DNA of 34,709 nucleotides from Pseudomonadota bacterium (lineage in GTDB: Bacteria; Bdellovibrionota; Bdellovibrionia; Bdellovibrionales; SG-bin7), in NCBI GenBank assembly GCA_034439715.1, contig JAWXAY010000002.1:1-34709 (forward strand), given 5' to 3'. The stretch's first letter is position 1. Every line of letters begins with the position of its first letter. Both the position numbers and the translations under genes were made by a program. The notes below the pieces were generated by a model. It searched no databases and was not told the DNA's origin. It was given only the letters and a program-made list of their open reading frames with translations. Below are positions 17,748-27,676 of this stretch, one piece after another.

Positions 17748-18285
17748 GCGTAAAAACTGGGCTGTTTTTATCTCAGGTCAAGGCTCAAATCTAAGGGCAC
17801 TACTCAGCTCGCCAGAACTTGTAAAAACCGCATTAGTGGTATCTTCAAAAGAAAATGCTGCGGGTTTATTGATTGCAAAGCGAGCGGGAATTCCCAGCTT
17901 GGTTTTACCTAACCCAGTTGACTGGGAAATGCTTGATATAGAACTAAGAAAGGCCCGAATAGACCGCATATTCTTACTGGGTTTTATGCGACTTTTGCCA
18001 AAGATCTTTGTCGACAAATGGCGCTACAAAATTTTAAATCTTCATCCAAGCCTTTTGCCAAAATATGAGGGACTTAAGAGTATTGAGCGCGCCTATAATG
18101 AGCAGAATGACCTTGGAGTCACAGTACATGAAGTGATTCCAGAAATGGACGCGGGTCCCATTGTCATTCAAAAAAAAGTATTGGCAGGGGATGCGCTACA
18201 CAGGTTATCATTTGAGGACTGTGAATTTAAGATTCATGTCGAGGAGCAAAACCTTATTCGGAGAGCCATTTTATCATGGAAATGA
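17734..18285 (+). CDS. purN: Phosphoribosylglycinamide formyltransferase
   Basis: FISGQGSNL, LGFMRLL, LNLHPSLLP, GVTVH, MDAGP. Confidence 0.92.
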   Translation: MNLRKRKNWAVFISGQGSNLRALLSSPELVKTALVVSSKENAAGLLIAKRAGIPSLVLPNPVDWEMLDIELRKARIDRIFLLGFMRLLPKIFVDKWRYKILNLHPSLLPKYEGLKSIERAYNEQNDLGVTVHEVIPEMDAGPIVIQKKVLAGDALHRLSFEDCEFKIHVEEQNLIRRAILSWK

Positions 18286-19526
18286 ACTCAGAAGTATTAA
18301 TCGTGTCGGCCTACGGCCGTGGACATTGGTTGGCGGCTGATTTATCACTTAAGGGATTTAAAGTGGCCTTGGCCGACATTACTGGCAATATGGGACGTTG
18401 GACGCCGGCAGATTGGGAGGGCCCATTTGGAATTTTTAGAACTGATAGAATGGAAAGCCTGCAAGTTTCTTGTTTGCTTGAAGATTCGCCCCAAGAAAAA
18501 GTGGAATCTGGTTTTTCGCTTTGGTGGGACAAGGGACCGCTTGAATTAAAAGGCCCTCTTTATAAATATCAATTTTTGAAATCTGGTCTTTCAGTTGAAA
18601 CCGAACGTTACCTGATGCAAAAAGGTGAAAAAAAAGGTGTCGCCGGTCAAGAGTTCCACCAAAAATGGTTGGCGGATCTTTGCCATCAGGCAGCCGCAAA
18701 TGTCTATCTCCCTAGTCATGAGGGTATGAATTATGGTTCGGCTTTGCCAATATTTGACGATTATTCTCTAAGGCAATCCTCTCTGGAAGGCCTGGAGCGC
18801 TCACTCTCTTGGTGCAAGTCACAAGGCGTGCAAGTCATACCAAAAGTAAAAATTGACGATCTTTACTTTGAAGGAAAAGTAATTGGTGGAGTGGAACTCT
18901 CTTGTGCCAACTCCGGACTTTATCGCACAAAGTATTTAATTTGGTGTTTGTCGAGCGAGGAGTCGCAAAGAACTCCCGATAGTGTACATGGCCGCCTTTT
19001 TCCGCGGGGAGCGATTTCGCCACAATGGAATTGGATGAGGTACCGAGTTGTTCTCGACAGTGACTATTTTAATGACCTTCTTCCTTCTCGATTTATGTTG
19101 ATTGAAAACATTTATTTGTCATGGACCCACAGCAATCTCTCTTTTGTGCAAAAGACGGTAAAAAAAGGCGACTATGATGTATGGATGAGAGTCCCCTCGT
19201 CACAAAGATTTCAAGGCGCCTATCTCAAATCTTTAGGTGATGAACTGACCGGGTTATTTGAGAGAAAGCTACCTGGGTCTAAGACTCAAGTTCAGGATAT
19301 GCCCCAAGACTATTACTACGATTACTCTGAGCTGGGAGCTTGTCCTTATCCCGTTTTCGAGAATTCTACTTTGGATCGATTAAAAACCGGTCGTTACAAC
19401 AATGTCTATTTTGATGGACCAGAATATTGGGAAAATATGAATGTCAATGGGCGCTATCGCTATCAGCAACAGATTCGGGATGACATCTTGGCTATTAAAA
19501 TGAAGGAAACTAAGGAACGACAATGA
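18276..19526 (+). CDS. Hypothetical protein with degenerate FAD/Rossmann-like oxidoreductase fold
   Basis: EVLIVSAYGRGHWLAADLSLKGFKVALAD resembles a beta-alpha-beta unit but lacks canonical GxGxxG; overlaps both purN and purB. Confidence 0.6.
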   Translation: MEMNSEVLIVSAYGRGHWLAADLSLKGFKVALADITGNMGRWTPADWEGPFGIFRTDRMESLQVSCLLEDSPQEKVESGFSLWWDKGPLELKGPLYKYQFLKSGLSVETERYLMQKGEKKGVAGQEFHQKWLADLCHQAAANVYLPSHEGMNYGSALPIFDDYSLRQSSLEGLERSLSWCKSQGVQVIPKVKIDDLYFEGKVIGGVELSCANSGLYRTKYLIWCLSSEESQRTPDSVHGRLFPRGAISPQWNWMRYRVVLDSDYFNDLLPSRFMLIENIYLSWTHSNLSFVQKTVKKGDYDVWMRVPSSQRFQGAYLKSLGDELTGLFERKLPGSKTQVQDMPQDYYYDYSELGACPYPVFENSTLDRLKTGRYNNVYFDGPEYWENMNVNGRYRYQQQIRDDILAIKMKETKERQ

Positions 19527-20824
19527 TTGAACGTTATACTCGAGAAGAAATGTCAGAAATCTGGGCGACAGAAAGTCGCTTTGCAAAAATGCTCGAGGTG
19601 GAGAAGGCCGTCGCCGAAGTCCAAGCTGAATTGGGAATTATACCAAAGGAGGCTGCCCTCGCCATTAAGCAGAAGTCAAAATTTAGTATCAAAAGAATAT
19701 TAGAAATTGAAAAAAAGACCAAGCATGATGTGATTGCCTTTATAAATAGTGTGGCTGAAAGTGTGGGGCCCTTTGGCAAGTTCGTACATTTTGGCATGAC
19801 AAGTTCCGACGTACTTGACACCGCACTCAGTTTGCAGATTCGGGACGCCGAAAAAGTTCTCTTGAGTTCCCTTAATAAATTAAAAAGTGCTCTCCACCAA
19901 AAAATTAAGAAACATAAATTTACTTTTTGTGCGGGGCGAACCCACGGTATGCATGCAGAACCGACGACTTTTGGCTTAAAGATGGCAGGCTTTTTAGCAG
20001 AACTAAAGCGAAACGAAATTAGGATCAGGAGTGCCATTGCCAATATACTTATTTGTAAATTGAGCGGAGCTGTTGGCACGTATTCCAATCAGCCGATAGA
20101 AGTTGAAGAAAAAGTGAGTGAACGTTTAGGATTAAAACCCGAATTTATAGCCACCCAGGTTATCCCTCGCGACCGACACGCCGAGGTTATATTGAGCTTG
20201 TCACTCTTGGGTGCAGGACTTGAACGGCTGGCTACCGAGCTGAGACATCTGCAGCGCACGGAAGTGGGTGAGGTGGTTGAGGGGTTTTCGAAAGGGCAAA
20301 AAGGTTCGAGTGCAATGCCACACAAGAAGAATCCCATTAGCGCGGAGAATATCACCGGAATTGCACGCTTGCTGCGCTCTTATGCAGGGCCGGCTTTGGA
20401 GAACATCGTCTTGTGGCACGAACGAGATATTAGTCACTCAGCTGTAGAACGCGTGGTGTTTCCCGATGCTTTTATTCTGGCGGATTATGCACTTATGAGA
20501 ATGAGTGACCTTATAGAGGGACTGTTTGTCAATGAGGCGAGAATGAAAGCCAATATGAATAGTTCACAAGGGCAGCTTTTTAGCTCGCAGGTATTAACAG
20601 CCTTGATTAAGTCGGGTTTGCCTCGTGATGAGGCCTATGGTCTTATTCAAGAGGTGAGCCACAAACTTAAAGCTAACGAGAAGTTGCAAGACAAACTTTT
20701 GGCGCATCGAAAAATTCACCAACTTCTTTCTAAAAAAGCCATTTATGATATTTTTTCAGGTGAGCAGTATAAAAAATCAATTGGTAAAATGTTGGGTCGC
20801 TTAACTAAGGATCAAATGTCGTGA
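19523..20824 (+). CDS. purB: Adenylosuccinate lyase
   Basis: MIERY, HDVIAF, HFGMTSSD, GRTHGMHAEPTT, GSSAMPHKKNP, WHERDISHS. Confidence 0.98.
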   Translation: MIERYTREEMSEIWATESRFAKMLEVEKAVAEVQAELGIIPKEAALAIKQKSKFSIKRILEIEKKTKHDVIAFINSVAESVGPFGKFVHFGMTSSDVLDTALSLQIRDAEKVLLSSLNKLKSALHQKIKKHKFTFCAGRTHGMHAEPTTFGLKMAGFLAELKRNEIRIRSAIANILICKLSGAVGTYSNQPIEVEEKVSERLGLKPEFIATQVIPRDRHAEVILSLSLLGAGLERLATELRHLQRTEVGEVVEGFSKGQKGSSAMPHKKNPISAENITGIARLLRSYAGPALENIVLWHERDISHSAVERVVFPDAFILADYALMRMSDLIEGLFVNEARMKANMNSSQGQLFSSQVLTALIKSGLPRDEAYGLIQEVSHKLKANEKLQDKLLAHRKIHQLLSKKAIYDIFSGEQYKKSIGKMLGRLTKDQMS

Positions 20825-21558
20825 AGTTTGAAAAAGAAAGTCTCCATTATGAAGGCAAAGGAAAAAAAGTTTTTACGGTCAAAAATTTTGATGATCTGTT
20901 GTGGCTAGAGTTCAAAGACCAGCTGACCGCATTTAATGCCCTAAAGAAAGGGGAGTTTGCCAATAAAGGTGAACTCAACTGCAAAATAGCAAATCTAATA
21001 TTTAAGATTTTGAAAAAAAATAAAATTCCCACTCACCTTGTTGAAGAATTGACCAGTACCGAAAATATAGTTGAGAAACTAAAAATGATTCCTCTCGAAG
21101 TTGTGGTGAGAAATGTTATAGCAGGGTCCCTTGCTAAAAAATTCATGATGGAGGAAGGAAAAAAGCTAGATAAACCTCTCGTTGAGTTTTTTTACAAAAA
21201 AGATGAATGGAGTGACCCTTTCATTAACGATGACCACGCGCTTTTACTCGGTGCTGTAAAAAGCGTTGCTGAGTTGGATGAGCTCAGAACTCTCGCCCTC
21301 AGAGTCAATGAAGTGCTAATTCAAACGATGAGTGCGATCAATATTGAACTAGTGGATTTTAAATTAGAGTTCGGTAGAAACTCTAAAGAGCAAATAATAC
21401 TGGGCGATGAAATTACACCAGACAGTTGTAGGCTTTGGGATAAAAAATCCGGTGAGAAGTTGGATAAAGACCGTTTCCGTCGAGATTTGGGTAAAGTTAA
21501 AGAAGCCTACGAAGAGGTATGGACTCGTTTAAGTTATTTTTGGGGAGGTAAAGTATGA
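20821..21558 (+). CDS. purC: SAICAR synthetase
   Basis: YEGKGK, FKDQLTAFN, IPLEVVVRN, LVDFKLEFG, DEITPDSCRLWD, DKDRFRRD. Confidence 0.97.
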   Translation: MKFEKESLHYEGKGKKVFTVKNFDDLLWLEFKDQLTAFNALKKGEFANKGELNCKIANLIFKILKKNKIPTHLVEELTSTENIVEKLKMIPLEVVVRNVIAGSLAKKFMMEEGKKLDKPLVEFFYKKDEWSDPFINDDHALLLGAVKSVAELDELRTLALRVNEVLIQTMSAINIELVDFKLEFGRNSKEQIILGDEITPDSCRLWDKKSGEKLDKDRFRRDLGKVKEAYEEVWTRLSYFWGGKV

Positions 21559-21791
21559 AAATCGGAGTGAGAATTATGCCGAGAAGTGAACTTCTTGATT
21601 CCCAGGGCAGAGCCGTCTTTAAGCTTTTTAAGGATCAAGGTAAAAATATAGAAAGCGTGCGAGTCGGGCGCTATGTGGAATTAGATATTCGGTTGAGTGA
21701 TAAAGACCAGGCACTAAAACATGCTGAGGAGATGGCAGAATCTGTGTTACATAACCCTTTAATCGAAAATTACAGGATAGAAATACTGTGA
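21555..21791 (+). CDS. purS: FGAM synthase subunit PurS
   Basis: LDSQGRAV, VRVGRYVE, LHNPLIENY; lies between purC and purQ. Confidence 0.93.
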   Translation: MKIGVRIMPRSELLDSQGRAVFKLFKDQGKNIESVRVGRYVELDIRLSDKDQALKHAEEMAESVLHNPLIENYRIEIL

Positions 21792-21798
21792 AGAAAAC

Positions 21799-22455
21799 AT
21801 GAAAAAGTGTGGAGTTTTAAGATTTCCAGGCACCAATTGTGATTTTGACACTTGGAAAGCCGTCGAAAAGTCCGGTGGAAAACCCGAGTGGCTTTGGCAC
21901 GCTGACCATTTTAATGCCAAGGAATTTGAGGCTTTTCTTGTGCCAGGCGGCTTTAGCTACGGGGATTACTTACGCTCGGGAGCATTGGCCGCGCGCAGTC
22001 CAGCTATGGATTCCTTGAGGGAGGCCAATCACTTGGGACGACCTATCTTAGGAATTTGTAATGGCTTTCAGATTTTGTGTGAGGCCGGATTATTAGAGGG
22101 GGCCTTAATTAAAAATGCGGGACTTCGCTTTGTCGATTCTTGGAGCGAGATCAAACTTGTTAACCCTTCTTCTTTTTGGGCGGCAAACATTAAAAAAGAC
22201 GAACGAATAAACCTTCCGATTGCACACGGCGACGGACGCTATTACGCCGAAAAAGATACCATTAAAAAAATGCAGGATCGAGAGCAAATTTGGTGGCAGT
22301 ATGTGGTCAACCCCAACGGCTCGCTCAACGATATTGCGGGAATCAAAAATGAAAAGGGTAATGTTGGTGCGCTTATGCCTCACCCCGAGAGGGCACTATT
22401 TGCTTGGATGGGTGCCGATTTTGGAAAAAATTTTTTTACAGCGCTGGGACATTAA
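21799..22455 (+). CDS. purQ: FGAM synthase glutaminase subunit PurQ
   Basis: FPGTNCD, PGGFSYGDYLRSG, GICNGFQ, PIAHGDG, NPNGS, MPHPER. Confidence 0.97.
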   Translation: MKKCGVLRFPGTNCDFDTWKAVEKSGGKPEWLWHADHFNAKEFEAFLVPGGFSYGDYLRSGALAARSPAMDSLREANHLGRPILGICNGFQILCEAGLLEGALIKNAGLRFVDSWSEIKLVNPSSFWAANIKKDERINLPIAHGDGRYYAEKDTIKKMQDREQIWWQYVVNPNGSLNDIAGIKNEKGNVGALMPHPERALFAWMGADFGKNFFTALGH

Positions 22456-22467
22456 TAGGAAACTGAC

Positions 22468-24651
22468 GTGATGGATCTTATTAGAAAATTAAAACACTAT
22501 CGAATTTCTCAAGATGAATATAAAAAAATTCAATCTTTGCTAAAGCGCGAACCTAAGGGTATTGAGTTTGCGTTATTTTCAGCTTTGTGGAGTGAACATT
22601 GCTCTTACAAGAGCTCGAGGGTGCATTTAAAAAACCTCTATCGAGAGAACAAAACGGTTTTGCAGTCTTTTGGTGAAAATGCCGGCATCATTGATTTAGG
22701 TGAAGGTGAAAAAATCGCCTTTAAAATGGAAAGTCATAATCACCCGAGCTATATAGAGCCTTTTCAGGGGGCGGCGACCGGCGTGGGCGGGATATTAAGA
22801 GACATATTTACTATGGGAGCTCGGCCCATAGCCTCGGCGAATTACTTATGTTTCGGTGACATCCAGGCCCCTCGAATGCAAGAGCTTGTTGACGGCGTTG
22901 TACGCGGAATTGGTGGCTACGGCAATTGTGTCGGGGTGCCAACAATCACCGGACAAACTGAGTTCCATCGCTCCTATAATAAAAATATTTTAGTAAACGC
23001 CATGTCCGTTGGATATTTTGGACCTAAAGATGTGATTTGTATCTCGCGCGCCAAGGGTGTGGGTAATTTAGTAGTTTATGTGGGTGCAAAAACGGGCAAA
23101 GACGGCGTACATGGCGCCAGTATGGCCAGTGAATCTTTTAGTGAAGACTCTTCTCATAAAAAACCCAATGTACAAATTGGTGATCCCTTTTTTGAAAAGT
23201 TACTTATCGAAAGTTGTATCGAGGTCATGAATAAAGAACTAGTGGTGGCTATTCAGGATATGGGCGCTGCAGGACTTACCAGTTCTAGTTTTGAAATGGC
23301 TGCAAAGGGTAAAGTGGGAATGGAAATTCATTTAGATCAGGTCCCGCTTCGAGATTCTACTGTTGGACCTGAAGAGATTTTACTTTCTGAGAGCCAAGAG
23401 CGCATGCTATTAATTTGTGAACCTAAAAAATTTGAAGAGCTAAAAGGAGTTTTTACTCATTGGGGCCTTGAAGCAAGCCCCATAGGAAAGGTTATTTCTG
23501 AGCAAGTGATGAGGCTCTATTGGCACAATGAAATTCTAACCGAAATTGATCCTGATTTGTTAGTCGATAATTGTCCTGCCTATAAAAGAGAATTCTCAGA
23601 GTGGAAAGCTAAAAACCGCCTGTCAGAACTCAAAATTTTAGTGGCAGAGGAGAAAGAAAACGAAAAAACATTTAAGAAAATCGTGGGCAGTATCGAAGGC
23701 TGCAGTCGAAGTTGGATTTATGGGCAGTACGATCAGCGAGTGGGTGCTCGCACCGAAAGAGATGCTAATCATTCTGTTTCGGTACTGAGACTAGATCATA
23801 GCAACCGAGGTTTAGCGATCGCAGTGGGTTGCAGGCCTTACGTAATGCGGTTTGACGCCTACGTTGGTGGAATTGATGCTGTTGCCTATCCGGCTTTAGA
23901 AATGGCGGCGAAAGGTTTTACTACTTTAGCAGTTACGGATTGTCTTAATTTCGGCAACCCTGAAAAGAATGAAATTATGAGTGAGTTTGTGGCTTCGCTA
24001 AAAGGTATGAATTCTTTTTGTGAGGCAATTGATGCACCAATAATTAGTGGCAACGTTAGTTTTTATAACGAAACAGAAGGTGAAAACATAACTTCTACTC
24101 CCAGCACGGGCCTTGTCGGACTGAGATCTGACAAGCAAAGTCTTCCGCAGGACTCATTTCAAAATAAAGCTGAGAGAGTGTATTTAGTTAGACTACCCCA
24201 AATTTATTTTGAGGGTGCAGTAAACAACAATGCTAAAGGTCTTGGTGAATTTAACATCTCTAAGTTAGCCTACTTCATCAAGTCCATTGAAAAAATGGGA
24301 GCAGACGGCGACGTGATATCAAGTAGAGTTGTGGGCAAATTTGGTTTGGCCTACGCCTTATTCCGCATGGCCTCTCTCAATATTGGGGTCGAGATAAAAT
24401 CAGATGTCATGGCACAATTACTCAGTGAACCCCGGGGTCTTTTTTCGGAGGTATTTTATGAAGTTTTATTTTCAGTAAAAGCCGCTTGTGACTTCTTAAA
24501 TCGCTATCGTGATAATCAATACCACATTGTGGAACTGGGGAGTACGATAGCTGAGAAACTGATTCTCGGCGATAAGTTAGTCGTAAGTACAAGCGAGTTG
24601 AATCAAATTTATAATTCAGGATGGGAGGCCAATTTTGAAGGCTTGGCATGA
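22468..24651 (+). CDS. purL: FGAM synthase subunit PurL
   Basis: WSEHCSYKSS, KMESHNHPS, GAATGVGGILRD, QDMGAAGL, LSESQERM, DCLNFGNPE, SGNVSFYN. Confidence 0.97.
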   Translation: MMDLIRKLKHYRISQDEYKKIQSLLKREPKGIEFALFSALWSEHCSYKSSRVHLKNLYRENKTVLQSFGENAGIIDLGEGEKIAFKMESHNHPSYIEPFQGAATGVGGILRDIFTMGARPIASANYLCFGDIQAPRMQELVDGVVRGIGGYGNCVGVPTITGQTEFHRSYNKNILVNAMSVGYFGPKDVICISRAKGVGNLVVYVGAKTGKDGVHGASMASESFSEDSSHKKPNVQIGDPFFEKLLIESCIEVMNKELVVAIQDMGAAGLTSSSFEMAAKGKVGMEIHLDQVPLRDSTVGPEEILLSESQERMLLICEPKKFEELKGVFTHWGLEASPIGKVISEQVMRLYWHNEILTEIDPDLLVDNCPAYKREFSEWKAKNRLSELKILVAEEKENEKTFKKIVGSIEGCSRSWIYGQYDQRVGARTERDANHSVSVLRLDHSNRGLAIAVGCRPYVMRFDAYVGGIDAVAYPALEMAAKGFTTLAVTDCLNFGNPEKNEIMSEFVASLKGMNSFCEAIDAPIISGNVSFYNETEGENITSTPSTGLVGLRSDKQSLPQDSFQNKAERVYLVRLPQIYFEGAVNNNAKGLGEFNISKLAYFIKSIEKMGADGDVISSRVVGKFGLAYALFRMASLNIGVEIKSDVMAQLLSEPRGLFSEVFYEVLFSVKAACDFLNRYRDNQYHIVELGSTIAEKLILGDKLVVSTSELNQIYNSGWEANFEGLA

Positions 24652-26002
24652 TGAGTGTGCCTTATTTGGTATTTGGGATTCTGATGAAGCTAGTCGAATT
24701 GCTTACCTTGGACTTTATGCGCAGCAACATCGCGGACAAGAAGCTTCCGGGATGGTCACTCTCAATGAAAATGTACAAATAGAACACAAGGGCTTGGGAT
24801 TAGTGGCCGATGTATTTCGTGAATCCGATCTAGATAGGCTGAAAGGCCGAGCAGCCATCGGCCACTGCCGGTATTCTACTGCGGGTCAAAATCTTTTGGC
24901 AAACGCACAGCCGCTCACTGCATTGATGATGACAGGACCACTTGCGGTTGCTCATAATGGCAACTTTGTAAATGCCGATGAACTTCGAAAACAGTTAAAA
25001 GAAACAGGTTCTATTTTTCAGGGTACCAGTGACACTGAGTGCTTACTTCACTTACTAGCAAAAAATCCCAGCCAAGATTTGGTGAAGTGTATAAAAGAAG
25101 AAGCGCCAAAAGTTAAGGGCGCTTACAGTTTAACGATACTAACTCATGAGAGCCTTTTGGCAGTGCGTGATCCCCATGGCTTTAGGCCACTTGTTTTAGG
25201 AAAGAGAAAGAACGCCGACGGCGAAGAAGCCACCGTAATAGCCTCTGAAACCACAGCCTTTGATTTAATAGGCGCTAAATTTGTACGTGAAATAAAACCT
25301 GGCGAAATTTTTTGGGTGGATAAAAGCGGCGAACATAGCGAATTTTTAGCGGAGATACCTAAAAAACTTTCGCAATGTGTTTTCGAGCATGTATATTTTT
25401 CACGTCCAGATTCCGTGGTTTTTGGCAAAAGTGTTTATGAATCGCGAAAGCAAATGGGTGTGGAACTCGCCAAAGAGCAACCGGCCAGCGCTGATATGGT
25501 GATTGCAGTTCCTGACAGTGGTATTGCGGCGGCGCTGGGTTATTCGCAGGAAAGTAAAATTCCATTTGATATGGGGATTATTCGAAATCACTATATTCGT
25601 AGAACGTTTATTGAGCCACAGCAATCCATTCGAAGTCTTGGTGTAAAAATAAAGCTCAATCCTCAGACGGCAATACTAAAGGGTAAACGTATTGTAGTAG
25701 TGGATGATTCGCTCGTCCGCGGAACAACGTCTGAAAAAATTATTAATTTAATTCGGTTGGCAGGAGCTAAAGAAGTACATGTGAGAATTGCCTCGCCACC
25801 CACAACCGGACCCTGTTACTATGGTGTCGACACTCCCCAAAAAGAGCAACTCATTGCGGCCAATCAAACACTAGAACAAATTCGAAAGTTTATTGGTGCA
25901 GATACTCTTGGCTACCTATCTGTTGCAGGCATGATGAAGGGTGTGAACTCTTCAAAACAAAAGTATTGTGCCGCCTGCTTTGATGGGGAATACCCGGTTT
26001 AG
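24635..26002 (+). CDS. purF: Amidophosphoribosyltransferase
   Basis: Short propeptide then Ntn Cys (DECALFG), QHRGQE, RYST, HNGN, PRPP loop VDDSLVRGTT, C-terminal CAACF; TTG start with GGGAGG RBS. Confidence 0.97.
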   Translation: MKAWHDECALFGIWDSDEASRIAYLGLYAQQHRGQEASGMVTLNENVQIEHKGLGLVADVFRESDLDRLKGRAAIGHCRYSTAGQNLLANAQPLTALMMTGPLAVAHNGNFVNADELRKQLKETGSIFQGTSDTECLLHLLAKNPSQDLVKCIKEEAPKVKGAYSLTILTHESLLAVRDPHGFRPLVLGKRKNADGEEATVIASETTAFDLIGAKFVREIKPGEIFWVDKSGEHSEFLAEIPKKLSQCVFEHVYFSRPDSVVFGKSVYESRKQMGVELAKEQPASADMVIAVPDSGIAAALGYSQESKIPFDMGIIRNHYIRRTFIEPQQSIRSLGVKIKLNPQTAILKGKRIVVVDDSLVRGTTSEKIINLIRLAGAKEVHVRIASPPTTGPCYYGVDTPQKEQLIAANQTLEQIRKFIGADTLGYLSVAGMMKGVNSSKQKYCAACFDGEYPV

Positions 26003-26014
26003 TCCTACCAAAAG

Positions 26015-26030
26015 TGGCATAAATTCTGCT
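26015..26030 (+). promoter_or_regulatory. Sigma54-type -24/-12 promoter
   Basis: TGGCATAAATTCTGCT (GG-N10-GC) in the short gap after purF. Confidence 0.6.
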
Positions 26031-26044
26031 TAGTAATACAACTT

Positions 26045-27676
26045 ATGCATAGAACGATCACAGCCATAAATATATACCCTACAATGGAGCGCAGAAGTGC
26101 CATATTGACTAGGTTTTTGACAGGTAGTTTTATTTTCGTTTATGCCCTCTCAGCCCATGCGGGGCCAAGCTCAGCAGCTCGCTGTCATGAGCTATTTTTT
26201 GAACCTTACACGGTTGAGAAGTTAAAAACAGATCAGCCTCACTTAGTCAAACTAGGCCACCATAGTACTTACATAAAAGACTTTCTAGCGAAAACTTTAT
26301 CCAGTCTCGATAATCCCTACGACATAGTTAGTGATATTGCTAAAACCAGTCTTGAGAGAAAATATGAGCTACGTGATCTTTATCAAATTTTATTTAAATC
26401 TAATAGCGAAGCGGCCCTCTATCGGCATCTCAGTCGTTGGGTCAAGAGCGATAGGCATGCGCTTTTAATGTACGATTTTCTTTATGAGTCCGAAAGTGAT
26501 CTATTTCACAGTTTTCTCGGTAGTTGGGCTGGTAAACATCCCTTTTTTAGAAAAACGATTTTAGGTACCACAATGTCTTTCGAAAAAGAAGACCCGGCAG
26601 AAACTTCTAAGGGATTGTCCGATTGGTATAAGCTAAGTGAAGTGTCAGATAGTGAATGGCAGAAAAAGGATTCCAAAGAAAAATTTCGTCTTCTATATGA
26701 TGCGAAAGCTGAGGGCGTAGTGGCGACACAGAATAAACCTTATTTTCTTTCGCCTCTTAAGCAGGATATACCCAACTTGGAGGTTACGCATAAAAAATAC
26801 GAGATTGATCCCGAAGTGATCTTTAAACAACTAAGCGAGGTAACTAGGGCAAATGGTAATACGCGTTCGATTCATTTTCACATTGTATTTAGTCTACCTC
26901 AGAACTACCCGAAAGTGCATTATGACGCCTTTATCAATTGGCTGAAATACCAAAATGATCATCTTGTAGTCGCGGGTCTTGAAGAGGGCCTTCATCTAAA
27001 TCAATTTATAGGCTTTGCCAAAAACCCCTTTCGTTCTCATCCCTCGTTTGATCCAGACCCTAAAGAGTTTCTAGAGACTTTGTCGCCTGGCGAAAATACT
27101 AAAATGATAAACTTGGGACTTCGAGCGGCCGCTACCTATACTTCAAGGACACTTCATCGCGGAAAGGTAAATATTGGACTGGAAGTCAGGGAGGGTACTA
27201 AAGATCTTGCAAAACTTAAACTTACTGTCGATCGCCTAGCCTCTGATATAAATCATCGAACTTGGGAGGGGTGGACAACCAAAAATGCGATAGATGAAAA
27301 TGTTTTTGAAATTTATATTCGTAAAGGTAGTGTCGATTTTTTAAGTTGGTTTGACAACCCTGCGTTTTTGCAGGTTTTTAATAACCATTCACCATTAAAA
27401 TTGCCTTTTCTAAATTTCGAAGAGAAAAGATTTTACGACTATAAAAGTAAAAGACTTATCGAAATTACGGAAGAACAAAAAAACAGAATAATAGTAGCCC
27501 GAAAAAACTATAGGTCGGCGATACAGGCAACCTACGGAGAGTTTTTGAAAGTTTACGGCAAGCCAAGGTTTTTTTTGACGGGAGAGGATGCGGTTATCGT
27601 AGAGCAAGCCCTAAAATGGTCATTAGCTGATTGGGCTAAAGAAGCCAAAATTTCTGAATTATTTTTTCTTAAATAA
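26045..27676 (+). CDS. Secreted hypothetical protein with carboxylate-amine ligase (amidoligase/GCS-like) motif order
   Basis: Signal peptide ending AHA, then SFEKE, NLEVT, SIHFHIVF, KMINLGLR and GLEVR in order. Start may be 26084. Confidence 0.55.
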   Translation: MHRTITAINIYPTMERRSAILTRFLTGSFIFVYALSAHAGPSSAARCHELFFEPYTVEKLKTDQPHLVKLGHHSTYIKDFLAKTLSSLDNPYDIVSDIAKTSLERKYELRDLYQILFKSNSEAALYRHLSRWVKSDRHALLMYDFLYESESDLFHSFLGSWAGKHPFFRKTILGTTMSFEKEDPAETSKGLSDWYKLSEVSDSEWQKKDSKEKFRLLYDAKAEGVVATQNKPYFLSPLKQDIPNLEVTHKKYEIDPEVIFKQLSEVTRANGNTRSIHFHIVFSLPQNYPKVHYDAFINWLKYQNDHLVVAGLEEGLHLNQFIGFAKNPFRSHPSFDPDPKEFLETLSPGENTKMINLGLRAAATYTSRTLHRGKVNIGLEVREGTKDLAKLKLTVDRLASDINHRTWEGWTTKNAIDENVFEIYIRKGSVDFLSWFDNPAFLQVFNNHSPLKLPFLNFEEKRFYDYKSKRLIEITEEQKNRIIVARKNYRSAIQATYGEFLKVYGKPRFFLTGEDAVIVEQALKWSLADWAKEAKISELFFLK

